From the NCBI GenBank assembly GCA_000002435.2, contig CM018792.1: 64,000 nt of DNA; one strand, written 5' to 3'. A program made the translations under genes and the position numbers. The DNA is from Giardia intestinalis. Taxonomy: Eukaryota. The number at the start of each line of letters is the position of its first letter. The stretch's first letter is position 1. Shown piece by piece: positions 45,608 through 54,490 of this stretch. Under the pieces are notes generated by a model, which saw nothing but the letters and a program-made list of their open reading frames with translations, ran no database searches and was not told where the DNA came from.

Positions 45608-48205
45608 ATGACAAGCGCGCTTCCCCGAACACCAGACCTAGCGTATCTTTCTGCAGATGCTCCCCGATCTGTTGAACGATTTCCAACTACTCAGGAGCCT
45701 CCCGAAAATCAGGCTATGAGGCAGTCGTCCAGTACACTTGTTGGTGGTCTCAATGCCAACGACTCAATGGCACGCAGCTCGACGAACTACATGGGAGAGT
45801 CTCAGCTGAATACTATTGAAAGTCTTCAGATGGAGGCACAGCGAAAGGACAAGCTTCTAGAGAAGCTCAACATACAGCTCAGAGAACGCGAAGAGCAACA
45901 TGACAGAGACATGGAGGCATTATCTGAAATGCAAGAGCTATTGGACAAGAAAGAAGAGCAAATAAGCGAGCTAGCTCTCGCTGTTAGCCAAAGAATGGAG
46001 GTACAGGCAGATAATGCATTGACAGAGAGTCTTACACTTAATGGCTGGGACATGCTTGATACAAATGATGGAGTGAAGGACCCCACCAATCAGGGCACAC
46101 AGAATCTTGGTGATAGCCTGGATCTGACTGTCAGTACTCCGCACTCTGCCCGCTCGGCAGGGCCACTAGAGGCAGACGCATTAAGGCACTCTATACGCAA
46201 ACTTCAGTTTCAGCTTACTCAACGCGATCGTCTGCACCTAGATACTGAGATTTCTAATCAAACTTATCGTGACGAGATCCAGCATTTAAAGGACGAAAAT
46301 TCCCAATATCAAACGCTGATCACCTCACAGGCCGATGAAATACAGATGCTACGCGAACAGCAGATAGGCGAGACAGAAGAACTAGCAGCAATGGAAGAAG
46401 AAATCTCTGTTCTTCGTACCACTCTAGCAGAGAAGCTGCAGCTCATAGAGTCCTTGACCGCTGAGGCGCAAGTTTCTAAGACGCAGCTCCTAGAAATGAA
46501 GGATGCTACGCTTCTCGTTCAGCATTCCGCAGATGTTGCCACAGCAGAAATAGAGACCGCAACAGAAGAAATCACGACCCTCCGCGTGGAGCTAGAGGCT
46601 GAGCGGCAAAAGGTAATTGATTTACAAGCTGCGCTTGACCACGAAAAGTTTGCATCCAAGCAGAAAACGCATGAATACACTGAGGTACTTACCAATCTTT
46701 CCCACTCTCACGGTGTTGTTAACTCTCTGGAAACGCAAATACAAGACATGGAGACACACGCTAGAATAAAGGACGAAGAGATTGAAGCCCTGCAGCTTAA
46801 GTGTAGGTCGCTTCAGCTGGAATTGGACGATACTCGCGCTCAACTAGAGAAGGCCATGAACAACGTAACAACCTTGGTACCAAACCTGTCTCCAGATGAG
46901 CTTGCAACAATATTGTCTGACAACAATAGGATGCTCAATATGCTCACAGACAATGCATCAGAAACAGAGGCATTGCTGGCTGCCAATGAGAAGCTTCAGG
47001 CTTCAAATGGAGAGCTAAAGAAGATGAATGCAGAACTTGTCGCCAGAATGGAGCATCTTTCAATTATGGATTCTGCAGAAACTTCGGAAGCAGCATCGAA
47101 TCAAGCCGCGCTTCTGGACGCAAAAAACAAAATGATCAATAAGTTAGAGGTAGAGCTGGACTCACTACGTCAGAAGTACCACTTGATGGAAAAATCCCTC
47201 AACGAACAGTTAGAGGCCGTCACTGTGGCCAAGGTGACACTGGATGCAGAGAATTCAAGGCTACGCACAGAGCTACAGAGCGTTGAGCCTCAGACCATGA
47301 GTAGTATGAACAGCGCCACAAGCATTAGCATTGCTGGGGGCCACTCCCCAGGCCGTGCTGGTAGCATATCATCACAGGTTATGGGATTGAACTCAGATAT
47401 TACACGCCTGCAAAATGAACTACGCCGCAAGGATGCTGAGATGGACAATATGAGTACGCAAATAGCAACCATCATGGAGGAAATACTATCGGTCCGCCAG
47501 GCCAACATGTCTCTGGAACAGGACGTGCAAGCCTTATCGCAAGAAGCTGAGTATCACAAAGGTCAGGCGTCCATGTTAGAGAAGACGCTTGCTCAGACAC
47601 GCGAGGAGCTCCGCATAACCTTGGACAAGACTCGCGTGGGAGAACTCATTGAGGCACTGAATGGGAAGACAGCAGAAGTCACTAAATTGATTCGCGTAAT
47701 CGAAGAAAAGAACTCGCAGATAAAGGACATGCAAATAGAGCTTGATGGAAGGGTACTAAGTGGTACGACCGGTAAGGTTATGCAGGCAACAATCAAGAAC
47801 CTTGAAGAAGAAATTCTGCGCCTCAACCAAGAATTGGAGCTTGTTGTTATCTCCAATGAAAGCCTGGAAAGCCGTCTACATAGCATGGGTGGGAGTATTG
47901 GACAGCCCCAGCCTCAGACACTGGCGGCCAAGATGCCTGTCAATTCAACTACAAATTTCCATGAGCGTGAAGACCATCTAGGCAGCGATGCATCCTCCGT
48001 CTCAGCAACCATAAGGATGCGTCAGCTCTCTGAAGAGGTGTTATCTCTCAAGGACACCATCGCTAATCTCACAACCACGCTGAAGCAGAAGGATGCACGC
48101 CTAGAAGAGGTATCGTCCGAGCTTTCAGTCAAGTATGTGGAGCTAGATAACATGAGGGGGCTTATTAAAAAGAAGAACGAACAACTTATGCAGCTGATGA
48201 AGTAA
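45608..48205 (+). CDS. Long coiled-coil protein (about 865 aa)
   Basis: Heptad-rich, E/K/L/Q-dominated sequence throughout. The track start at 45605 is TTG, and the ATG is at 45608 directly after GAATTCGAGCTC. First of four tandem same-strand coiled-coil genes. Confidence 0.7.
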   Translation: MTSALPRTPDLAYLSADAPRSVERFPTTQEPPENQAMRQSSSTLVGGLNANDSMARSSTNYMGESQLNTIESLQMEAQRKDKLLEKLNIQLREREEQHDRDMEALSEMQELLDKKEEQISELALAVSQRMEVQADNALTESLTLNGWDMLDTNDGVKDPTNQGTQNLGDSLDLTVSTPHSARSAGPLEADALRHSIRKLQFQLTQRDRLHLDTEISNQTYRDEIQHLKDENSQYQTLITSQADEIQMLREQQIGETEELAAMEEEISVLRTTLAEKLQLIESLTAEAQVSKTQLLEMKDATLLVQHSADVATAEIETATEEITTLRVELEAERQKVIDLQAALDHEKFASKQKTHEYTEVLTNLSHSHGVVNSLETQIQDMETHARIKDEEIEALQLKCRSLQLELDDTRAQLEKAMNNVTTLVPNLSPDELATILSDNNRMLNMLTDNASETEALLAANEKLQASNGELKKMNAELVARMEHLSIMDSAETSEAASNQAALLDAKNKMINKLEVELDSLRQKYHLMEKSLNEQLEAVTVAKVTLDAENSRLRTELQSVEPQTMSSMNSATSISIAGGHSPGRAGSISSQVMGLNSDITRLQNELRRKDAEMDNMSTQIATIMEEILSVRQANMSLEQDVQALSQEAEYHKGQASMLEKTLAQTREELRITLDKTRVGELIEALNGKTAEVTKLIRVIEEKNSQIKDMQIELDGRVLSGTTGKVMQATIKNLEEEILRLNQELELVVISNESLESRLHSMGGSIGQPQPQTLAAKMPVNSTTNFHEREDHLGSDASSVSATIRMRQLSEEVLSLKDTIANLTTTLKQKDARLEEVSSELSVKYVELDNMRGLIKKKNEQLMQLMK

Positions 48206-48289
48206 ATGCATAGAGCTGAGAGCTGTGTCTGATGCTTTAAATACCATTTATTCAGTTCAAAAATCTATTTTGGGAGTTGGCTAGATACC

Positions 48290-50722
48290 ATGAACGAGCC
48301 TCTCCGCGCGGCAGTTGATGCGGCCAATAAGTCAAGCATGACTCTTACCCTTAGCACAGACGATAATACTGAAGAGGCTACCTCAGAACACAGCTTCCCA
48401 GGATCAGTGCGCAGTGTAGAAAATCTCTTACTTAAGAGTCCAAAACATGGCAATCCAGATAGTGACGACCTCTCTCTTTCGCATCTTGAAGGCCACATTT
48501 TAAACTCCGAGCAGAAGGTTTCAGTCATACACTCTAGCTCTGGTGATAACAATAGTATCAATAATAGCGTAGGAGAGCGCTCAGAAGCTAACAGGGCCCC
48601 CGCAATTTTCAGCAATATTGAAGTAATTGAAGAAATTCATAGAAAAGCGCAGTCTACCCTTCTAAAATGTCTTCGAAGGGAAAATTCCTTTCTTAGAGTT
48701 GCCGCCTCACAACACCAAGAGTTTCATGGATGTAAGTCGCACTCTGAGCCTCAAGTATCAATGTCTAATGAGGCTGGACCTCTAGCTGATTGCTCAGAAT
48801 CCAAGAGGTCCTTGCAGACCAGCATGACGAAGAGCGCCATGCTTGCAGCATTGCAGGAGGAGCTAGAGGCTCTCTCTGCTTCTGCAAATCTATACAGACA
48901 AAAAGCAGTGCGCGCAGAAGAGCAGAGACGCCTTGCAGTTGCCGATCTGAACAAAGAAACAGGGAAACTAAAGATGCTAGAACAGGTCGTATTAGATAAA
49001 GACGCGGAAATACACAGACTGCTGGCTGAAAACCTAGAGGCTTCGAGGTTTATATCTGCAACCTCCAAGGGCATCCAAAAGAGCCCTTCAGTGTCCATGT
49101 CGACTACTAGTGCTCTTTCGTTGAACTCCACATCTCTAGACAAGCAGCTAGAAGCAGTCACACGGTACTCCAGTAAGATAGAAGACCAGCTACGCAATGC
49201 AGAGACAGAGCTCAAACTATATCGAGACTCAATAGAAGAGAAGGACCAGAAGATACTCGAGCTTAGCACCCTTGTTCAGCAGAAAACCGCCGAGGCGGAT
49301 GTGGTAAAAGAACAGCTTTTATCAGCTGAGGATCTCTTACGGGATCAGAAAGAAGCTGCAGCCAATTATAAAAATCTTTTCAGAGATAGATCTCGCGCTT
49401 TAGAGAAAACAACTTTTTTGTTGAATAGCAAGACTAATGAGCTTGATGTCGCAATGTCTCTGGCTTCAGAAATACAGAGAGATACAAATAACATAGCAGC
49501 CACCCTCACCTCCAAAGACCAACAGATTACAGAGCTGGAGGCACAGCTGTCCAAGGCATCCCGGGATTCCAAAGCACTTAAGGTGATGCAGCTCACATTA
49601 GCTAGCCAAGAGCGGCAGCTGAAGGCAAATGATGAGAGCATCAGCAATTTGGAGGCCCAAATCCTAGCCAAGAACAACCTTATCCGCACGCTGACGAGTA
49701 CAGTTGATGCGCGAGACGCCTCCATAAAGGATCTTGAGCAGCGGCTATTAACTATGCACTCGTCCGCCACATCCTCTAGCCTTGCAATTGTTTCAGCAGA
49801 AAAGCAGTCCCTAGAGTATAAGCAACATGTAGACAAGCTCGTAGAAGAAATCAAGACATATAAGGAAGAGCTACGGAAGCAACAGGAGGAGAATACGCTC
49901 CTTAAGCGACAGCTTAGTGAAATCGACCAGCTAGAAGAGCAGCGCTTAAAGCAATCTTCACAATTAATTGTGGCATATAAAAGAAAAGAGGACGACTTGG
50001 CCACAGTGCTTCAAGCTCTAGCTGATTTTGAGAAGAAGTACGCTGATGTAGCACTGCTGGCAGCAGAGCGAGACGCGGAGGTGCAGCGTTTAAAGCAATT
50101 AGTTTTAGAGAAGGATAGTGAAATTGTAGAGTTAGTGGCCAACAATGGGCTGACCCAGCTCGAGGCTTCACGACTCCAGACCGAAATAGCTGCTTTAAGG
50201 GGAGCGGCAGAAGAAGTTCGACGGTGTAACACTATTTCTGAACTGTTTTGTGAGCGCATATCTCGTATTTCCAGGGTCCTTTCGGTCTCCCAGTCAGCTG
50301 AGGCATTTCTGACCTCGAAGCCCCTCCAGGATGAGACGGAAAACCCCAATTCAGGTGCTTCGTTGGCCCTAGCACCAATTAACGAACTGACTGCAGCCAT
50401 AACAGCGTTCGTGCAGCGAATTCAGAAAGAGTTTTCTCAATCTTTGTCCACTATCGATGTTAAATCTGTTGCTCAGATTGATGCCTGCGTTAACACAATA
50501 ACCGACACCCCTGTGCAACAGACCTGTCCCATACGCTGCTCCACAGAGGAGCGGGGCGTCCAAAGTATGGCTCCCAGTTCTCCTTGTATCCGAGACAATA
50601 GTGAGCTGGAACGCCTTTTGTGTGTCATTAGTGAGAAAGATAGAGAACTGGTATCTCTTAGAGACATAATAATATGCAAGAATGAACAGATTCGACGCCT
50701 TTTAGAGGATGCTGAGTATTAG
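48290..50722 (+). CDS. Long coiled-coil protein (810 aa)
   Basis: Coiled-coil composition (LEAQLSKASRDSKALKVMQLTLASQERQLKANDESISNLEAQI...). Ser-rich N- and C-terminal ends. Confidence 0.7.
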   Translation: MNEPLRAAVDAANKSSMTLTLSTDDNTEEATSEHSFPGSVRSVENLLLKSPKHGNPDSDDLSLSHLEGHILNSEQKVSVIHSSSGDNNSINNSVGERSEANRAPAIFSNIEVIEEIHRKAQSTLLKCLRRENSFLRVAASQHQEFHGCKSHSEPQVSMSNEAGPLADCSESKRSLQTSMTKSAMLAALQEELEALSASANLYRQKAVRAEEQRRLAVADLNKETGKLKMLEQVVLDKDAEIHRLLAENLEASRFISATSKGIQKSPSVSMSTTSALSLNSTSLDKQLEAVTRYSSKIEDQLRNAETELKLYRDSIEEKDQKILELSTLVQQKTAEADVVKEQLLSAEDLLRDQKEAAANYKNLFRDRSRALEKTTFLLNSKTNELDVAMSLASEIQRDTNNIAATLTSKDQQITELEAQLSKASRDSKALKVMQLTLASQERQLKANDESISNLEAQILAKNNLIRTLTSTVDARDASIKDLEQRLLTMHSSATSSSLAIVSAEKQSLEYKQHVDKLVEEIKTYKEELRKQQEENTLLKRQLSEIDQLEEQRLKQSSQLIVAYKRKEDDLATVLQALADFEKKYADVALLAAERDAEVQRLKQLVLEKDSEIVELVANNGLTQLEASRLQTEIAALRGAAEEVRRCNTISELFCERISRISRVLSVSQSAEAFLTSKPLQDETENPNSGASLALAPINELTAAITAFVQRIQKEFSQSLSTIDVKSVAQIDACVNTITDTPVQQTCPIRCSTEERGVQSMAPSSPCIRDNSELERLLCVISEKDRELVSLRDIIICKNEQIRRLLEDAEY

Positions 50723-51258
50723 ACGCACTTAGAACTCTCGGATTCCGACCTCTCAAATTATTGTCGAAGCTATGTGCTTAACTTTTATGACGTAGATTGG
50801 CACATGGCTTCTCAACTTTATGGATAAAAATATACAATCCTTCTCTAAACTACTTGGACTATGTACTTTAGGCATCCAGCACACGATCAATCTAGGATCA
50901 GATGCAGGTAGGTGCATGGACTTCATCGCAGCGCTCACCAAGAAGGGCCAAGTTGAAGGCGGTGTGTAACCTCTAATTTTATTTTTCAAATCTCTTTTAT
51001 GACTTTAGTTTTTTAAATCGACTAGTGTAAATTAGTATAGGAAATCAGAGTATTATCGACGCAAGGCACCTCCTCCGTATCTACGTTGTACTATGAAAGA
51101 CAATGCACTCTGTACAGTTTGTCATAAAGCGAGCACCTCATCCGCAAGCAGTATCTCCTCACAGGTGTACCTTTCTATTACAATGGTGTTGTCACGAAAG
51201 ACCTTCTCGATAACATATAATATTCGTTGACCGAGTTCTATAAAGATAAAAGAGTGTA

Positions 51259-54200
51259 ATGCCTTTAGCAGACTCCTCTCCCGCGGCCCCCATGGCCACT
51301 GATATTAGCCGGAAGGACCGGGAGATCGCTCGTCTCTCACATGAGGTGACAACGCTAACGCTCACTGTCATGCATCTGCAGTCAGACATCGATGTCCGAG
51401 ACGCCCAGATTAGAACTTTGAAGAGCTCGTCCGGGGGCTCCTCCACTGACGATGAGGTCAAGGAGCTTATGGAGCTCCTTGGTGGGCTTCAGCAAGAGAC
51501 CCAGCTTCTGAGACAGCAACTGGCTCAAAAGGATGCATTGGTAGATGCTCTCAGTGCAAAGGTGGAGGGCCGGGTGATAGACTTCGTAGCCGTTGTGAAA
51601 GAGAAAGACCTAGAGATTGCAGAGCTGCATGCAGATCTCTCAAGACTTCGGGCAGACCACATACGGACTAAGCGGACACAAGACGGGACAGGCTCCGGGG
51701 CCAAAACCCCAACTACACCTGTTTCTATTAAGCGGTCCTCACTTAGAGAGTCCTTTGGCAATACGCTTGAGTTCAATAAGCTGAACGATGATCTCGCTAG
51801 CCGAGACGAGGAAATAGCGCAGTTGACAACCAGTGTTGCTCGATACCGACGTGAGCTAGAGGAGATTCAGGCAGCAGACGATAGCAAAGCCAGAGAGCTC
51901 CTGGAAAAAGATCGCGAAATTGAGGCCTTCAAGCAATCGATAGAGATCATGGCCAATGATTTGGATCGTAAATCTACCGAGATTGCAAAGCTTACAGAGC
52001 AGTGCAAGACTTTAGAGGCTGAATTGGTGAAGCTCTCGGAGGCGACGCAGAATAATTTGCGATCGTCCAGAACCCTCGAGGGTAAGGTTGAGGAGTTAGA
52101 AGAGCTGAACATGAACCTAGATTTACAACTCTCGCAGGCCAAAGATGATTATGCATCCATGAATTCTTCGATTACTGCAGAGCTCACACAGAGGTGTAGC
52201 GAGCTAGAGCTTCTCAGAAAAGAGGTAGACTCTCTTAAGGAGATTAACAAAACACAGGCTAGTGAAGTCGACACTCTTCTAAGTGACACTAGCGTCTTGC
52301 GGAAGAACAACGAGCAGCTGCAATTGAAGTTGAGAGATTCACTCACAAGACTTGATTCTCAACAGGATCATATTGCAGCGATTAGCGCAGAAAAGCAAGC
52401 AAGTGATGAAGAAATGGCCCTAGTAAAAGCCCAGCTGAACAGTCTTCAAGCCCAAGAAATAGACAATAGAAACGAAATTACCAGTCTTTCCTCTTCGTTA
52501 AACAAAAAAGACGAGCAAATAGCGGTACTTCAAAAACAGGTCGAGGTAATACCAAGCCTTCTAGCAGAGAAGGAAGGCCTGGCCCTTGACCTACGAAAAT
52601 CCACAGATTCACTAAAGGCGGCCACTGACACTATTGATCGTCTCACAGAGGAACTTGTTGACAAAAAGAATAAGATTTGTGCATACAAACATGATAATGA
52701 ATCAATGTTTGAGGATCTTAGAATGCGCAATAACTCTATGGCCCAACTCCAAAATGACCTCAAGAGGCTCAGCGAGAGCGCGTCCCAGCGCGAGGCAGAC
52801 CTGGCCGAACAAGCTCAGAAGCTTAAGGCCGCACTGTCTGATGGAGAGCATCTGACTTGCATCAACATAGGACTCACAGAGGACCTCCAAGCCAAAACAG
52901 AACAGGTGGAAAAACTAGAAAATAATCTGACTGCTGAGAAAGCTATAACATTAGAAAAGAGTCAAGAGTTGGAAAGGGTCTCTGCGCTGCTTGATCAACG
53001 AGAGCATGATCTGGAGGTTGCAGCAGAAACGATTTCCACCATGAAGAGTACCACTGATTCACTAGAAAAGAAGGCTAATGGCCACGAGACCAGAGTTCTT
53101 GAGCTTACTGTCGAAAATGACAGGCTAATGCGGGAACTGACGGAGTGTAGAGGAACATTAGAACAAGCAGAGCAACAGATTCGTGAATTGGAGATTGCAC
53201 AAGCGGCTAAGCATGAAAAGATAGACACACTTGAGAAGGAGTTGCAGCGCTCTACGGAGCTATATTCAAGCAAGGATGCTGAGCTTTTGCACGCTAGCCA
53301 GCGCCTTTCTTCACTCGAGGAAGAAAACAAGGCACTGGAAGCTACAGCCAAGGACTCGTTAAATCAGGTGGCAGCAAAAACCGAGCAGCTCGACGCCTTA
53401 CAACGTAGTGTGGCCGAGTATGATCGGAGCGCACGCGAAAGGGACTTAGAACTAGAAGCTTTAAAGAATGAAGCAGAGGTGTCCAGCACCAGGCTGGCGA
53501 GCTTATTGGCTCAAGAGAACAGCAACAATGACCTTATCGAGGGGCTCAAAAGGCAGGTCAATGAGTTCAGCAACAAGCTTCTGGAAGCCAAGCAGGCACA
53601 ACAGGAGTCCTCTCGACGCTGTGCTGAGCTAGAGACAGACTACTATACCCTACAATGTTCACTAGAGGAAAAGCAGGCCAGCCTCCAATTAGAGACAGAA
53701 AAGTGTACGAACATGGCCCACAAACTCTCGGAGGCCACTTACTTAGCAGAAAAGTACGAGGGGGAGAAGGCCCAGCTTATCTCCCAATTGCAGCAGACCC
53801 GAGAAGACCTTAAGGAGGCCGAGAAGGAAGCTGAATTGGTGAGAACCAACCTTAAAGAGAAAATAACAGAGTGTGATGGCCTTGCAGTCAAACTGTCACT
53901 TCTAGAAGACGAGCACGAGGTTCTCAAGGTCAACTATGCCCGTGATAAGGGTGAGCTTAAGGAAAAGGAAAGGCAAATGGAGGACCTTGAGAATGAGCTA
54001 CTGGTCGCTGAGGACAATGTTCGAGAGCTCACAAACGAAATGGATGAGATGCGGCGCCAGCTTGAAAGTGTCCTCCATGAAAAGCAGCTACAGGAGGTCG
54101 AAGTTAATAGAGTCACTAATACCCTCAACGTGACAACTGATACGATGAAAAAGCAATCTGCGGAACGAACCTTGCTTATGGAGAAACTCCGATTGAAAGA

Positions 54201-54366
54201 GGAGGAATACCGTATACCACAAGAATCGCTGATCAAGATGGCGTTCTATCTCCGTGAAAAAGGCGATGAAGTAACCAAGTTAAACGAATTGTTAGCCGAA
54301 AAACAGAAAACTATAGATGACCTTTTGTTACGAATAGAAACGACAAACGATCCTGCAATTGCTTAA
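51259..54366 (+). CDS. Long coiled-coil protein (1035 aa), SMC/myosin-tail-like
   Basis: Near-continuous heptad coiled coil. An AGTGAAT motif lies 15 nt after the stop. Confidence 0.7.
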   Translation: MPLADSSPAAPMATDISRKDREIARLSHEVTTLTLTVMHLQSDIDVRDAQIRTLKSSSGGSSTDDEVKELMELLGGLQQETQLLRQQLAQKDALVDALSAKVEGRVIDFVAVVKEKDLEIAELHADLSRLRADHIRTKRTQDGTGSGAKTPTTPVSIKRSSLRESFGNTLEFNKLNDDLASRDEEIAQLTTSVARYRRELEEIQAADDSKARELLEKDREIEAFKQSIEIMANDLDRKSTEIAKLTEQCKTLEAELVKLSEATQNNLRSSRTLEGKVEELEELNMNLDLQLSQAKDDYASMNSSITAELTQRCSELELLRKEVDSLKEINKTQASEVDTLLSDTSVLRKNNEQLQLKLRDSLTRLDSQQDHIAAISAEKQASDEEMALVKAQLNSLQAQEIDNRNEITSLSSSLNKKDEQIAVLQKQVEVIPSLLAEKEGLALDLRKSTDSLKAATDTIDRLTEELVDKKNKICAYKHDNESMFEDLRMRNNSMAQLQNDLKRLSESASQREADLAEQAQKLKAALSDGEHLTCINIGLTEDLQAKTEQVEKLENNLTAEKAITLEKSQELERVSALLDQREHDLEVAAETISTMKSTTDSLEKKANGHETRVLELTVENDRLMRELTECRGTLEQAEQQIRELEIAQAAKHEKIDTLEKELQRSTELYSSKDAELLHASQRLSSLEEENKALEATAKDSLNQVAAKTEQLDALQRSVAEYDRSARERDLELEALKNEAEVSSTRLASLLAQENSNNDLIEGLKRQVNEFSNKLLEAKQAQQESSRRCAELETDYYTLQCSLEEKQASLQLETEKCTNMAHKLSEATYLAEKYEGEKAQLISQLQQTREDLKEAEKEAELVRTNLKEKITECDGLAVKLSLLEDEHEVLKVNYARDKGELKEKERQMEDLENELLVAEDNVRELTNEMDEMRRQLESVLHEKQLQEVEVNRVTNTLNVTTDTMKKQSAERTLLMEKLRLKEEEYRIPQESLIKMAFYLREKGDEVTKLNELLAEKQKTIDDLLLRIETTNDPAIA

Positions 54367-54380
54367 TCTTAGATCTTAGT

Positions 54381-54387
54381 AGTGAAT
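54381..54387 (+). promoter_or_regulatory. Putative polyadenylation signal AGTGAAT
   Basis: Located 15 nt after the stop of the 51259-54366 gene. Confidence 0.3.
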
Positions 54388-54490
54388 AGTGCCAGTTTCT
54401 CTTGAACATCTCTTGAACACGGTTTGTGAGCATTTGTCAGATTTTCGGCAAAAAACGTTGTAGTAGAAACTATCCTGAGACTCTCGCCAC

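Noticed and set aside
50723-51258. Possible tRNA or other structured RNA in the longest intergenic spacer, and a 17-codon mini-ORF (from 50925)
   Set aside because: No tRNA-like box A/B or acceptor-stem pairing was evident by eye. The mini-ORF is too short to support. Left as an open question within the coiled-coil cluster finding.
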